A stretch of DNA of 61,972 nt, filler included, from Platydemus manokwari (lineage: Eukaryota): the NCBI GenBank assembly GCA_037951405.1. It is 5 parts of 5 records of this genome, joined end to end, with 100 filler letters (N's around TTAATTAATTAA, not from the genome) between each part and the next. Parts side by side here need not be neighbours in the genome. Positions count along the whole stretch, not along the records: positions 1 to 16,654 come from JBBMOY011155882.1; 4 more parts are not named here. One strand, 5' to 3'. Below, one piece after another: positions 1-14,910 of this stretch; position 1 is the stretch's first letter; every line of letters starts with the position of its first letter. The notes under the pieces are model-generated. The model made no database searches and was not told where the DNA came from. It saw nothing but the letters and a program-made list of their open reading frames with translations. The translations under genes were made by a program, and so were the position numbers.

Positions 1-213
1 ATATTTTCTTATGAGTTATGCTTCTTCAAATATGTGCATGAAAATCGGACATTTCATATGGGACAACCTAATAAATTTCTAATTTAGAATAACGAACAAA
101 TAAACAACATGTTAAATTCAATTTCGAAAAACTACTTTATTATTATTATTATTATTATTTTTATTTTATTATTATTTATTCTCGTTCCTATAAATTGAGT
201 GAAGAGGAAAAGG

Positions 214-452
214 GATTGGTATTCGAAGTTGGCATATCTCGTCGATATCTTTCAGGAACTAAACCTCTTGAACAATAGCATGCAGGGCAGGAACGAAAAT
301 ATCTTGTTTTCTGAACATAAATACTTTTATTTCATTTTAAAAAATAGTTGATGTTTTCTGCATAAAGCAATTCAATCATTGCACAGTGGTTCCTCGAGCC
401 TGAGGCATGTTTCCATGGAGTTCTTCTTCAACAAAAAGGTTGAAAACCACTA
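214..452 (+). mobile_element. hAT (Charlie/ZBED5-like) transposon 3' relic
   Basis: 214-320 translates as DWYSKLAYLVDIFQELNLLNNSMQGRNENIL, matching the W..LAYL.DIF..LN.LN.S.QG motif of Charlie-type transposases. 433-452 (aaaaaggttgaaaaccacta) resembles the reverse complement of a Charlie TIR. Confidence 0.7.
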
Positions 453-1149
453 CTTTAATATACCAGATAATATTTATTAGTGACCATGAAATTAAGGTTT
501 TAAGTTCAAAGCTAAACTTCTCAACAATATTACGTGTGACCCAAACGGATTATTTATTAACTCTTGTTTTATATAGTTTCAATACATAAAATAAGGAACT
601 GGAATCATTATTTATACCGGAAATTTATTGTAAATCAAGGCATCGAATCAGTTTCATTCTTGGCACTAAAAGTTACTTAAAAATTTATACAGCAACTCAT
701 GTACATCATTTTTTAATAAATGACAGTCAAGTATTTGTGTATTAAATAAACTTAGATCGAAAAATAAATCATTAATTAGTTGGTTGTTATGACAATAATT
801 ATGACAGCTGAACTAAACAATCAATGTGATTTTATAATGACTCCTATGAGGGTAATAATCTGTTTTAAATATGATTCCGCAAAAAGTTCAACCAATTAAT
901 CATGATTAAAAATTCATTCTTTTATTTACACAAAATCATCCTCAACAATGGGCAGCTACGTAGATTGTCTGAGATTGAAATGTCACTTTTTGCTTTACGA
1001 TTTTCTAATATAAAAACTATAATTTCATCTATGATATAGTAATATTTGGCTCGGTTGAAACATTTAATTTGAAGTCAGGTTCTCGTTGATTTATGCCATC
1101 ATTCTCTTTTACAAGATTTACCACCTTTTCCTTCATGATTTCATCAAAC

Positions 1150-1503
1150 AGTCTTCCTGATCACAAGTGGATAAGTTTCCAGTTTCTTCAAACTTCTGTT
1201 TCCAGTTTTGAACTACTGTCCTAGCTAGAGGTGCACGCTTGAAATGTTGTTGAAATTCTTGGCAAGCTTTGGCACTACTCTGGCCCACTATCGCATGAAA
1301 CTATAAACACTATTTAACATCACCAGCTGCTTCCGCCATGTTGTAATAATGCAACTGATTAATAAGAAATAAGAAATAAAGTACATTAATCAGTGAATAA
1401 TAATTAATATCAATGAGTATAAATATGTAAGTATAAATTATATTGTGTTTTGTTGGTTTATTTTAATTTTAGAGACGGCGACTTATGAATTGGACGGTAT
1501 ATA
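1150..1503 (-). mobile_element. Decayed Tc1/mariner (DUF4817-type HTH) transposase 5' part
   Basis: Minus strand reads SAKACQEFQQHFKRAPLARTVVQNWKQKFEETGNL with upstream stops, typical of the N-terminal HTH (..KF.ETG). Possible TIR ending in TA near 1475-1503. Confidence 0.6.
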
Positions 1504-3553
1504 TAATGTCAACCTCTTAAATTATAGAACTGGCATAAAAGAGCTACGATTTGAAAGATAAATCTGAGAGTATTTTCCATGCATTGGAAAATAACATTTT
1601 TACAAATTTTAGTTCTAAATCATGTGATACTTAATGTATTAAGTATATTATATATGTATTTGTATGGCTCCATAAATCATAATTATTAAACATTTAAGAT
1701 TCCAATACTTAATTCAATTTCATAAAGTATTGGGAGGTATTTATTGAAATATCTTGTGTTTTCCATTGAGTCAGTAGTATCTAAATATAATATTTTTAAC
1801 TTCTATCCACTACGTATATATTTATTGAACCATATGATTATCAAATGCACTGCTGAAGTAAGATTAAAGTCATATTAACTTTCGACAAGTAGGCTTTTCG
1901 TAATTTTAGACCCGCAATTTTAAAAAATTCAATTAAAATGAATCCAATGCATATTTAAAATGGTGTATTAAATTTTTTACCTGCACTAGTACAACTATAT
2001 ACACCAGAACAATATAATAATAACAAGTCATTTTAATTACTTCCAAAATAAAATCCTTGATTTATCAAAAATGTTTCATTATTACCTTTTTAATTAAATC
2101 CATTCATAAATTTAGTTTTTCGGTAATTTTCAAGTACTGCGATCTATAATTGTCAACTTTTTAACAAATCAAACAACAATTCGCCGAACTTTCCCATATC
2201 TAACTATATATATTTGTTTATCTAAATAACTAAATAAATATAAAGTAAATCCCGCACATTTTCATAATATTAATAAATTATCATTATTTATCTTTTGGAT
2301 TTTGGAATAAATTTGACACTTTTGAATGGTGGGTGATCATGTGTGACATTTTTCATTTGGAATATTTATCGGTTAGAATCAATAAATAATGATGAAATGT
2401 GAAAAAAGATAATCGAAATGCCACAAGTCAATGGTAAGATGAAGATATTATTCAGAAATTTTGTTTCCAATTATTAGAATATCGTGACGTGTCGACGTCT
2501 ATATTACAAGAAATGACACTTCAAATATATGATTCAACAAAACACACACGAAATAATAATTATTTTATAATTGATGTTACTATTCTGTGTGCTAGTATTA
2601 AAAATTGAAAAATATTTTCTCTCCAATCATTGAAATCAATCTTATGAAATAGAAAGTGTATTGATTCAAGTTTAATTAAAGTGAAAAACAATATTATATC
2701 GACCACAAAGTTTAAATAATTTTCAAGTGATTAGACAATAATAATATTTTATGCATCCCAGGTTTTTAAGAATAATCTTGAAAAGCTAACGAAGAATTTA
2801 AATAAGTCAGCCCGTGTTAAAAACTAATAATTTGAATTGAATTTGATATTCTAATGGTATTAATTCTATTACTACTAATAATAATATCAATTATACTTCT
2901 ATTGTTATCTTGCTCATTCACATTATTGGTAATCTTTAAGTTAACCATATCTCATTTTAAAATGTCTCAAAGTGCTATCAATGAAACAATTGGTTTAAAT
3001 AAAAAGGCTAAAATCAAAGCTCTGAAATTTTCTATTAAATTTATTAAATTAAAGATGACATTCAGTATTTAATATACTTCAAGATTTATTTCCAATTAAA
3101 ATCCTAATTGTAAAAATCGATCTCATGGTTCCATAATAGTTCTTATGGTGTTTAATGCAGGCTACTGGACCTAATAAACCTCATATAACTTATCGATTCT
3201 ATAATTCTTGTGATTTTAGCTTATTTCCTTTGATTGTCACAAAACCTTGTAAGATTTACTTCAAATAAAATTTATGAGTACGATGACAAGTATCCCATTG
3301 GCTTTGAACATTCGTGCTTACTGGTCTTCGTTCAATACATTATTTCAGAACGTTTCTAGAAAAACGGTATAAGGTACTTGATATTAGTTACATAATATGA
3401 GGACAAAAAAATATAATATGTGAATGTGCTGTAATGACCTAATCAATATTTACCTATAAACAAACGTAGTACACTTCAGATTAGTCCTGCGATCATTGAT
3501 GGGTGTCACTTTTACACATCGAATAATATTTTGATTATTCTTAATTTTAGATA

Positions 3554-3992
3554 GGTCACAAAAACAACCAAAGTATTTACGGAAACCATGCAAATAACCC
3601 TCAAAGAGTTAATGCACACAGATTCCACAAGTGTACATTCAATATTAAGAACTCGATAATCAATTGGCGCATATCAACAACTGGCAACAAATATCGAGAT
3701 TCGAGAAAAACAAGAAAATTTTCCAACTGACCGACGTGTGAAAAGTGATGCTCTGAGACATCAAGTGCACACACACAAAAAGCCTATAAAGGAAGTTGAA
3801 TTTTACTAGCAACTGTCAGTCTTTTTGGTCGGTAATTTGTGTTCTGTGTGACTTACTTGATTATTTCGACAATCCGTCTTTGTGGTTGTCTTCTATTTTG
3901 TCATTTGGCTTTCAGATGCTGATCTCACCGTGTTGATTAAGATTGATTTTGACCGTATTTAGTGATATTCGGGTCTTGTTGTCTGTCGTGAT
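3554..3992 (+). mobile_element. Dispersed repeat, probable solo LTR (copy 1)
   Basis: Colinear similarity to 43600-44072 (e.g. tgagacatcaagtg, aagcctat..a.gaagttg, ctttgtggttg). Ends resemble TGTCAC...GTGACA; internal cctataaa TATA-like motif. Confidence 0.45.
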
Positions 3993-6900
3993 TTATAACT
4001 AAAATGTTCACCATTCAGCATCAGATGATATCATTAGCACTTATAATGTGTCAACAATTCGATACATCACTCAAATCTTGTGTCCCAATTTCAATAATTG
4101 ACTTTAATGATTTTTAATAATTGGATATTCTATGAAAAAATACCCCTTGTATATGTGCTTATTTCCAACTTATTTTTCGGTGTTTTTTCAATTTATTTTT
4201 GGATATTTGCAGTTTATCAAGAAAAAAATCTCAAAAGAATTCTTGGAATAATTATAATGATAATATTTTATTGCAAGCTAAATATTAAAGGAAATTATAA
4301 TATTAAGTCAAATATTAAAACAAAAATTAATCAAGAAATTATCAAATTGAAACAAATAGATTTATCAGAAATGATCAAAAGAAGTTAATAGAAAATAGTA
4401 ACTGCAAAAAAGAAACAAACAATTGAGGCACTTCAAACAAAACCAATAAAAATTTTCTTTACAAAACTTCCAAATCAAGCAAGTGCTTAACGAAATTAGA
4501 AGTTAAACTGAATGCAGCAGACTTATCATTAATCAAAGATAATAATTGGAATGGAGAGTAGACTTTCTATTTTTCTTATATAGTTTAACACTGAAACGAA
4601 TTGTATTTGCTCTTTAATCTACATGTATATCAGATATCAATAGGCTCTACCTAAATCGCAATGCATTATAAGTCCAATAAATGTAACGGAATTATTAATA
4701 TTGCTCGTTTAATGTTTATATAATAATCATCCATTATTATAATTATCCATCACACAACTCACTTCTTGAGTTTAAACAGTATCTCATAGGGATTATACAG
4801 CAACTCTATTACCTTCAATTTGTATCTTGTTATCCACATTATACCTAACTATCTCGAGCAATATAATTATCACAATTTATTCTTTTTCCATATATCTTGA
4901 AAATTCTACAATCTGGCAAATAAACAAGTATATCACTTGTGATGAATTAACTATTATAAGGGGAGCTTTCAAATTACTATTTCATATTAGTTAAACAAAA
5001 TAATAAATTAGAATTTATTTATCATGTCACAGTTGTTTTAGGGGTATATATAAAATTAATGATAATAATAATTAATAAGATCAATGTGTCGTAATAAATG
5101 TGATACCTGGAATGATAACAAAGTAATAAAATTATGGATGCTCACAATAACTATTAAGTGTTTTTTCATAAATTATATCACTTACTAAAAAGTTTTAAAA
5201 ACCAATTAAATTATTAAATTAATTTTACTAAAATATGGAGAGCTATATTTCCCATAAATACTCGTAGTATCAACGTCACAAAGCAAGATACGGAATTTTA
5301 TAACCCAGGCTTGATTTAATTTAAATTAAATTCCTAGGAATTTTCTCTGAATATAATCCCTCAACTTAAATCGACTAACAAAGCTATATATAATTATTCT
5401 ACGGCTTCTATCGTAACATAATCAGAATCAGTTGAATAAAGCGATAATTTTCGTGAGACTTCAAGATATTTCCATAAGTAATAACGACTGCTTGAAATTA
5501 AAAGGGCTCTGATATACGATAAAAATTTAAATAGGATTACTTACTGCCTATACTGATAAAAATGGATTAAATCTGAATCAAAAACTTGATGAAGAAACCA
5601 AATTAAAATTTTGTCTACATCATAGTGGTTAGCGTTTGAAAATTTTTTGGTTATGATTGCTTGGGTGGTACGTAAAACACCATGGTGTGTTGTGGTGTTC
5701 TTTGAAACTCAAATAAGTAGCTTTGTTGAATATTGAAAAACTATAACAGTGGAATAATAATTAATTATTGTGGAGAATCAAGTGCAGTCCTTTGTTTCAA
5801 TAGTGCTTAAGTATTGAAATTAATTTTCCTATTGTTGTGTTAGTGTTATTGGTCGATATCTCATTCAAAAATTCTAGTTGAGAATAACCAAAATAGCAGT
5901 ATGGATTTTGCTCATAACTGAATTCATTAGTCCAATTTAATTAACTTTTAATTGGAAAATATTTTTATTTTCAAGACTGCAGTCGCAGTTTGGATAAAAA
6001 GAATTGAAAGTAATTAAATTTATTAAAAATTCTTGAGAAAAATTCTCAAAAAAATGTGAAAGAAGAATAAAATTTGACAAAATTTATTTACAGACATCAA
6101 TATAAGTCACAGATCAAAATCAATCATTGATTAAGCATTAATAACACTAAAAATGGAAGGATTAGGATTTTAACTTAAAATGAACCTGACTTGAAGTGCT
6201 TATGTGTGGTTTCAAAGAGGTCTGAACAAAAATGATCTCATTGAGCAACCTGTTAGAAGAGATCATTATCTATAAAATCCTGAATGATGTGCAATGAACA
6301 AATTTGGATTGATTAATTCAATATTTGCTACAATCCTGCGCTAAAATATAATCCCAAAGAGAATAAATGTTTATTTGTTTAAGTAAAGATTTTCAAGGAA
6401 TCTGAGAATCAAACACAATGACCCAAAGGAGGAATTCCAAAAAGGCTTTTCAACCTAAAATTATAATAGATAATTTAAAACTTTTATTTTGTAAAAATAA
6501 CAATGGGATTATACTTTATATTATATAAAATCATTGTCAAAAATTACAAGAAAAAACCCAACAATGATTTAGGAATACAATTATTTTACTAACATTCAAG
6601 CTTGTTATTAATTGGTGTTTTAAAGCTGTAGTGATGAAAATTGTTCATCTATGTATTATCTCTTAGAAATTCATTTTCAATCTATCTGATTCCAGCGGCC
6701 ATTAGAAATCACACCTCAATCAACTGATGTTCATAAAACCAAATTACTTGAAAGGTTAAAAGATTTCTAAAAATTGATAATAATAAATATTAACCTATCA
6801 TTATGTTTATTATTTTATTACTTTATATGATAATTATATAACAAACAACCACAAGTATGTGATACATAGGTATAAACATGTAAAACATTCAAGAATAATT

Positions 6901-7298
6901 TTATTATAAGATACACATGCTTTTCGATCTATCTATTGTTGTTATTTCTGTAGCATTTTGCTCATCTTGCATTATTTAATATTATTATTAGTTGTACTTT
7001 TATGTATCGAAAATTTAAAATAAACCTTTGATGTTCATTACTTCACATTTTAAAATAATTTTTTACATATCTACCATGTAAATTAAAACAGAATTTCAAT
7101 TTATTAAAACCATAAAAAACTAATATTTGAATTTATTAAATTACCAAAAAGGTTTTAAAATTAAAAAAACTATCGATTGAAATTTGAAAGTTTTGTCTAT
7201 TTACACCTGAACAGCATACAAAACTCAAAATGAATTTTGTTTAACTATAATTCCAAAATTTATCAACCTTGAAATAATGTTTTTAATTTATCAATATA

Positions 7299-7764
7299 TG
7301 GCTTAAGTTAAGAAAAGGGGTCATTTGACCTGGTTTTGTAACAATGAATTTTCGCACATGATATAATTTTATAAATCTATTTTATATAAAATTGCGATGT
7401 TTGATTCATTCTTATAATTCACTTGATATTTCACCTTATATATATATAATAATAGGGACAAAACATAGTTTTAAAACCAATTTCCTATTCTAATCACAAC
7501 AGTTTTATATGATTATTATTATTTGAGTTTTTAAATTAAAATTTTTTAATTATAAATCAAATTAGTTAACTACAGACATGTTTGATAATATCATTGTTTA
7601 TTTTTACAAAATAATTGTAAAATTTGAAAGTATCTCAATTTGATTCCAATGTTAAACAAAGGGTCCTCGTTCATTTCCAACAAGTTGCAATTGCATCTGC
7701 CTTGGTCCTTTTTCAAATAATTAGATAAATTTTATTTTAGGACCACTTTTCTTAGCTTTAGCCG
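7299..7764. mobile_element. MITE family A, copy 1 (TA-flanked, Tc1/mariner type)
   Basis: Left end tggcttaagttaagaaaaggggtc and right end gaccacttttcttagctttagccg are imperfect inverted repeats, each next to TA. The interior aligns with 56156-56730 and 59836-60440. Confidence 0.75.
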
Positions 7765-8769
7765 TATATACAATTAAAAGAAAGATTTTGGTTGTTTGTA
7801 AATCTATGCCAAAGATGACTGAATAAAAGTTATATGTGCTCTTTAGAAAATATCATTAATTCTCGACTGTAATTAATAAATCATGTTTTGTGATTCAATG
7901 CTTGGATTATAGACATGTCTATAAACCGATTTATTTAAGATTTATGACAGTTGAGATAAAAGAAGCCACTAGTAAAGTTGTAGATGTGTTATTAAGAGCA
8001 AAAAATATTGTCGTTAAAGAATTTGAAACAAAAATATTTTTAATAAGCTAAAATAATTTGCGAAAATACACCAACAATAATATTAACAACTGGAAGTTGA
8101 TCTGATCCATTTTGTTATTCCAGTAAATTAAAAATATATCCAGCTTCACTTATTGCTATGCCATCATAACTTAGAGAAACGAAGGCCTGCTAAATTGAAA
8201 TTTTGTATTCAAAAACTTCAAAAATAAAACAATATCAAAAAATTAGTATAAATAAATTAGTATAATTATATTTGTTGTTATTATGATAATTATAATTTAA
8301 TATTCAATAATAATAATAATAATATTATTATTTATAATGTTATTATATTACTCAATTATTGCTGTAATTTTTACACTCATTTTTCTTTATAAATTGTTGG
8401 AGATTGATTTTGTGTTTCTGTAGAATATAAATATTAATTCAAATCGTCACAGCACACCATTTGTTTCATATCGACTGAATACTTGAAATTGAGATAAATT
8501 AATTTATGAATTTATATTTTGTTTTTTTATTTATATGAAAATGAATTTATCATAAAATTCACGAATTTCTCATGACAAAAGTTTTGATTCCATAACGAAA
8601 TATAATGGCATGAAAGTCAACTGATTTGATTCAGTAAAATCTGACCAATGAAAATGTGTAAAAGTTTCACTATTTCTATAGTGTTTGTTTCATATTTGGA
8701 TTTGAATTCCACAGAATAATTCCATAATAAAGTGTGAAAAACATTTTCATTTCTTGATGTCAAGATATT

Positions 8770-9374
8770 ATGTTGATCTGGTTTATTATCAGTTATTATT
8801 TATCATGTAAATCTTTGATGACCAAACAAATGAAAATCGACCATTGTGATGGGAATTTAAATCTTCCAGCAGCATCGGAGGAAATCTTTCCGATTTTTAA
8901 GTTAAGATTATTTGAAGATAAAAAGACTATACCAGTTCACAATCAATTTATAGAGACAGGCAAAAGCTATTCGTTCCATGCCATTTTCTTGGAACCGGCA
9001 ACGATACAAAATGTGATCATAATCGCATCACCAATATTCAATTCAACGAAAGACATTGATTTGGGATTTTTCGATGACAAATTGTACGACAATCAGAGAT
9101 TATGTTTTCCAAGCTTATTGTTCAGTCTTCACAAAGAAAGTTTGATGAGATTTGCTTTCAAATGGAAATCATCAGAAAAACCGAACACCCATTGCATTAG
9201 ATTCGATATTTATTTGCAATTCTTTATCTATCAAAACTTTAACAGGTGGCGAAAATTTAGGTTGGTTTCATTATAATATTTTACAAATTAAATTTATAGA
9301 TTTGTGTTGAAACCGGAGGGTTTTGCAAATATTTGAATGACTTCTATTGCAGGAATATTATGGAAATGTTTTGA
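8770..9374 (+). CDS. Secreted Reeler-domain-like protein (probably 2 exons; 3' splice uncertain)
   Basis: 168-aa ORF with a hydrophobic N-terminus and F.WKS...CIRF motif resembling the Reeler F.W.AP....CV.F. A putative 35-nt intron (9265-9299) adds ICVETGGFCKYLNDFYC... Confidence 0.45.
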
Positions 9375-12300
9375 AAAGATACTAAAATGATTTATATTTT
9401 ACTGACATTAAAAATATGATTCTAGAAATGAATAATTGTTTTAAAATATTACTTATCCAGTATTTCCATTGAAAATATAATTGAATCAATTGGTGTGATC
9501 ACTTAACGGAGCAGAGATATATAATAATCATCTTGTAAAGAAAGAATTAGTTAAGTTTATCATCAATCAGTTATTTTTCTTGTCATCTTTTGTGATGATC
9601 TTTGCGCAGAAAGTGTCCTTTGTGAATGGGAGCACAATTAATAAACTCTCTCTTTCTCACTTTCTCTTTCTCTCTCTACATATGTATTTGTATAACGAAA
9701 CTAAACATTAGTGTGAAAATTCATCTCCTAAAATCATCTCTTTTTCTTATTAGCAAATCAAAGCAATGCAAATAACTTTTAAAACTTTCTCGACTTTACA
9801 TTTTTTGTGCTTTGATGTTTATCTGATATGGTACTAAAATGTTACGAAGGACTGCAAAATCAGTTATATTCTCACAACTCATTATCCAGACATCGTGATA
9901 TAATAAAAGTTTTTTAATTTAAAATGATGTGTGGACTCAAAATACATAAACAATTCGATCAATAGGACCATTTTTAAAATTGATTTTCTTAATTATCTTA
10001 CTTTCAGTTAATTTAAGCAAACAACATGAGAATCTGATTTGTATTGACTTAATGGCCATCGGGATATTTTCACATAATTCTTGATTCTCTTGCTATAGAC
10101 ATACATGGAGAATAATTATCACTTCATTTCTTTTCATCGCCTTTACATTGATAAATCGTTAAACCAAAACCAAGAAGAAATTTTGTGTTTTAAACATCAT
10201 ATTGATATCCAAATTGATATTGATTCGTTCCGCCTATTCCAGTAAAATTTATCAATATTGGCCAGTTAGCGATAATTATACATTCCGCTATTCTGATTAA
10301 AATCAAAGGTATTTTGCAATCATGGACCGGTTATCTCATTAATTGCTTATAAACCTTTTACACCGAAATTCCTGTTATTGTATATTAACAGCAATTATTA
10401 CTGTTATTTCTTATGAACTTGGAATAACATTTATCTTTCTAGTTCATTGGTAATTAAAGTAGTTGGGTGTTATTCACTGTTTTCAATATTTCTTCAATAT
10501 TAATAAATTCCTTTGAAATATTTTGAAAAAATAAAATTTTAAAACAAAGCCCTCATTTTTATAAATTTTATTTCTCACTTAAGCTTTCATTGATTTTTAA
10601 AAAATTAAAAAATTAAAAGCTTTTTAAAATTTATTAAAAATATTTTTTAACAATTGTAAAATTAGCTTAATCTTGTCAACTATTAGAAAGTAATTTGTTC
10701 TCTTTTGTTTATTCCTTTAATTATGATGTCGATCATTGCACGTTCAACACAGGACCTGGCAAAAACTGTGCTCTACTGACTAAAGGAATGTTCACTATAA
10801 ACTATTAAGTATATAATTATAAATCGAATGATAATAGAGTAATTCGTGATAAGCTATTTCAGACTAAATGAGGAGATATTCAGAGCGAGCACTCATCTGA
10901 TATTCGTAATCGTTCCTTGTTTATTAATTTTGCTTCAGTCAAATATTATAACAGTAATTTTCAATAATTCAAAAGACATAGGAGTTAATGGCTTTATAGA
11001 GAAATTTATTTCCTCGACTCTAGCAAAGAAAACGAGACTTTATGTACAGCGTTGTTTTAAAAGTTGATAAAATTTTCTTCTTCTACTAATTGTAGCTATC
11101 ATGTTTCGAGTTTTTATTTTTATGGTACATAATTCATAATTGTCGAGAAAATAAATCTAGAATTTCAATAATTAAATCTCTTGGTCCTTGAATATTCAAA
11201 TTCAAGCCGTTAACTTATAGAAAATATCGTTTCGGAATGTTACTCCACCCACTAATTATCATCAATAAGCAATTTAAATCCACTATTTATTAAGTGAATA
11301 TTAAAAGACGAATAGAGTGATTACTTTTTCTTACGAAACCTATAATATTTTTCAATGTAATAGTAAATATTTAAATTATTAACCCATAATGTCATGAGAA
11401 CGCAATTCTACACGCAACAACACAGTTTAGCAGACACCGTAAATAGTGAGTGGAAATAAACGTTTTCTTTTACGTTCGATAAAAAAATTATTTCATTAAT
11501 TTTTACAATAGGAGTTAATGGTGCCTAATCAAAATATTCTCACCTAATACTGAATTGATTATCTGCACTAACACAAAACGTTATCAGTGTTGTGTGAATG
11601 AAACCAAATACATTAAAAAGATTTTAAAAATTTATCGTTTACTATTATTATTTAAAGTATTCTCCGATATTGAATATATCAGAAACTAAACTGTGTGGTG
11701 TGGGAGTTTATTAATCCACAAAGTGCTGCTCAGCGGTATCGAAACCAAGAATTAAATACATTTAATGAGAACTGATTTAAACTTTGACAATAATTGGATT
11801 CCTAGCGGCAGCAAGCCATATTTTCGACGTGTTTATAATAAAAAGTTTGCACATATTTTGAATGCTAAATTTTTATTAGCTGATCTCTTTCTCACAGTTG
11901 AAATAGGTTTATTGATTTATCATAACCGTTATAGGTCAATCCCTGTGTATACAGTAGGAGTTTCGCAGTGATGCATATTCCCTTATAAGATTATTCGCTT
12001 TATGTTGCTTCTGATTGATTGGTTATCATTCCTGTACAGCTGTGCATCAAAGTATCAAAATAGAGGTTCCACACTTCCTTGGGGGTCTTTTATACTCAGC
12101 ACTTATAAGGAACCAAAATATATTTATAACGGTCAAATGTTAAGTGAAAGTGAAGCTAAGTGAGATGGCCGTGGGTTTAATCCACAAATTGATGAATATT
12201 GAATTGAGAAATTTTGATGAGTGCAAGGAAATATATTAGTAGCTTTTTCAACGATTAAATTATCAAAGCTTTCTATCCACTTCAATTCTTACACACAGAT

Positions 12301-13960
12301 TACGTTAAAATCTACGACACCACTATAAATTGCAGAAAATCATAATAAATTATAAATCTCTAGGGGAGATCTAGATAATCATTTGTGTGCTTATCAAATT
12401 ACTACAATAATCTACTGTAGATGCCAAAGAAGCCATTCGATTTTGGAAAAATGATAATATAAGATTTTAAGAAAATAATAATAATAATAATAATAATAAT
12501 AATTATTATTATTATTATTTGGCATTTATCAATTTGATCAGAATTAATCTTAATTAGCTGTTATACATGAGCTGTCCCCAAGGCGATTTTTAACCGTTAT
12601 TGGCTAGGAGAGTGAAATTGTTTAATGAAATTATATGTCCCAAATTAAATATCTCTAAGATAATAAATATCATTCATAAACATTTCCACTATTTTTGTGT
12701 ATTTCTAAGAATTAATCAATCAAAATGTAAACAAATAGTTTTGATTCGCTTTGAGAGTTATTATTCACAAATAAAATCTTTTCCAAATCGAACGCATTTA
12801 AACAAAAACAAATTTTAGTGATCATAAAATTCATTTCATAAAAGTATTGAATTATTGGTATGGCTATTGAATATTTAATACTCTAGTGAAGTGCGTCACG
12901 GGATGATGATTTGAAAATCGATTTTATAGTTATCTTTCAATTTTCCACTCTACTAAAATCTGGTCTAAATATCAATCAATATGTTGATGTTTTGATTTTT
13001 CAATAAAATCCCTCAATTGCAGCAATTTTTTAAAAGTTAAAACATCTGTTTATGAAGAGTTCCGAATTTTATAAGTTGGTCTTTTGTACCAATGATCCGA
13101 TTCTTGTTATCTCTTAGATTGCATCAGCCAAAAGATATCATTTTTAAGTATGAATATCGAGAATTTTTAGTAATTTAATAATATAATTACTTAAATAATT
13201 CAAATAATTCGAATTAATAATTTTATGGTGAGATAATTTTGATGAAATGTTTCATAATAAGTTATCTTTCAGTTTTTGAATGGTAAGATCCATTTCAATC
13301 AATTATTATCATTACACATCCAAAAGATTCCCTCATTGTGATGATATTTATAAAACAGCAACAAATTATGATGATATTTTACAAATCGTTGAAAATAATA
13401 TGCGATAGACGTGTTTATTCCACTCGAAATGAATAAAATGTCTAAGCTAAATTTCCAACGAATACTAAGAACAAAACTGATCAATGTTATACCTGATATA
13501 GTTATGGAAATTATGATGCATAAATCATATGGTCACCGAACTATAAATCTGAGTTTTTTATTTAATGTTTTTTTTATTATAAATTATGAAGTGTTATTTT
13601 TTGCCAGCAGTTCGCCTAAAAACATAAAATTGTTGAAAAATAGTGACATAAATGAATAATTTATTCTTGCCTTTTTATTTTAGCTATAGAAAGTTGGTAA
13701 TATATATAATAGGCCATCCATCGAGCATATTCTTAGATAAACATGATTCTAATAGGAAATCTTTTATTAAAAATCTCAAATTAAAGGTTGTTAAATCTTA
13801 TTTGTCTGTCATTACAGTTTTTAAAATCTAAATCAGAATTTAATACAGAAATTCAAACCAGGAAACTAAATCACGTAGTCGATGAAACAATTTAACTGCC
13901 AATGCTTGGGCAAAAATGATGAAATTGGTGAACTTATTATTAAATATTTGATGTAAATAT

Positions 13961-14150
13961 TGTAAGCCACTACTATTTTTATACCGAATGCATCGAATTG
14001 AAAAGGCACGACATCAAATTCTATTTAAATACAATTATTTAAAAAAATAATTATAATTTTAAATCAAATTAAATTTAATATAAAATTAAATTCAATATAA
14101 AATTAAATTCAATATAAAATTAAATTAATTATTTAAGTGTTGAATATCAA
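13961..14150 (-). mobile_element. Solo/partial LTR of the TRIM-like family
   Basis: Begins tgtaagccactactatt and shares gaaaaggcacgacatcaaatt with the LTRs at 14911 and 25359. Contains about 3 copies of a 17-nt unit (aattaaattcaatataa). Confidence 0.6.
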
Positions 14151-14910
14151 ATAGACTTGAAGATAAAAATATTTATTGATTAAACACAAGTTCCCACTAA
14201 TACAAATATCAAATAACATAAACACCGTTTGCTTCTATGGGCTTCAACTGGCTTCGATTATCAATCACCTGCACAATACAAAAACTAATAAATAATATTA
14301 TTTTTGCTGTCTTCTACTGACCAGCAGTAATGCAAGCTGAGACAATTACATTCAATAGTATTGCTTGTTTTCTATTTAATGTTTTGATTTCCAAGATCAA
14401 TTGGGATTGGTCAATTCCTGTGTTTGTATCATCCAATAGGCAAGAATTTTGTAGAATTTAAATCTTCGTTCTTTATTGATCTTGATTGATAGGTGATCGT
14501 GCCTGTATGACTGTGCAGCTATTTACGTATGCGAAATGTCATTATTTGAGATTCCTCTACACAAAACACAATTTTACGAAAATAAATAAATTCCTAATTG
14601 AGCAACATGAATTTCAGAAAGAGCTATTAAAAGTTTGATGTTCAAAGATATTTTTGTATTCTTCTGGTCTTCGAATTCTATTAAAATAAATAAAGGAAAA
14701 AATCATTTATTTGAAAATTTATGTTGACCAAGCTGGTTTTTGCGCGGTTGTCTTTAATAGTTTTGAATCATGGGAACCCGATAAATGTCGATTTCGACTT
14801 GTTGATAAGGACCCGTAACCAGGTACAATGAATAAATTTATTAAACTAAATCCATAAATAGTTATTTATTCTAAATATTACACTGAATCAATAATTCTGA
14901 TCAGTTCACT

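Noticed and set aside
2854-4388. Ile/Leu/Lys-rich ORFs at 2854-3072 and 4098-4388
   Set aside because: Composition is explained by AT-rich low-complexity DNA; no motif or splice support.
11690-12460. Possible hAT transposase relic (..DAKEAIRFWKND..)
   Set aside because: Only one short motif; no continuous frame or TIRs.
12474-12519. (AAT)n followed by (TAT)n forming a hairpin; other AAT, CT and CA microsatellites
   Set aside because: Ordinary simple repeats in an AT-rich genome.
14200-14830. Exon-like minus-strand blocks with higher GC
   Set aside because: Stops in every attempted splice and no recognisable motif; at most an unidentified pseudogene.
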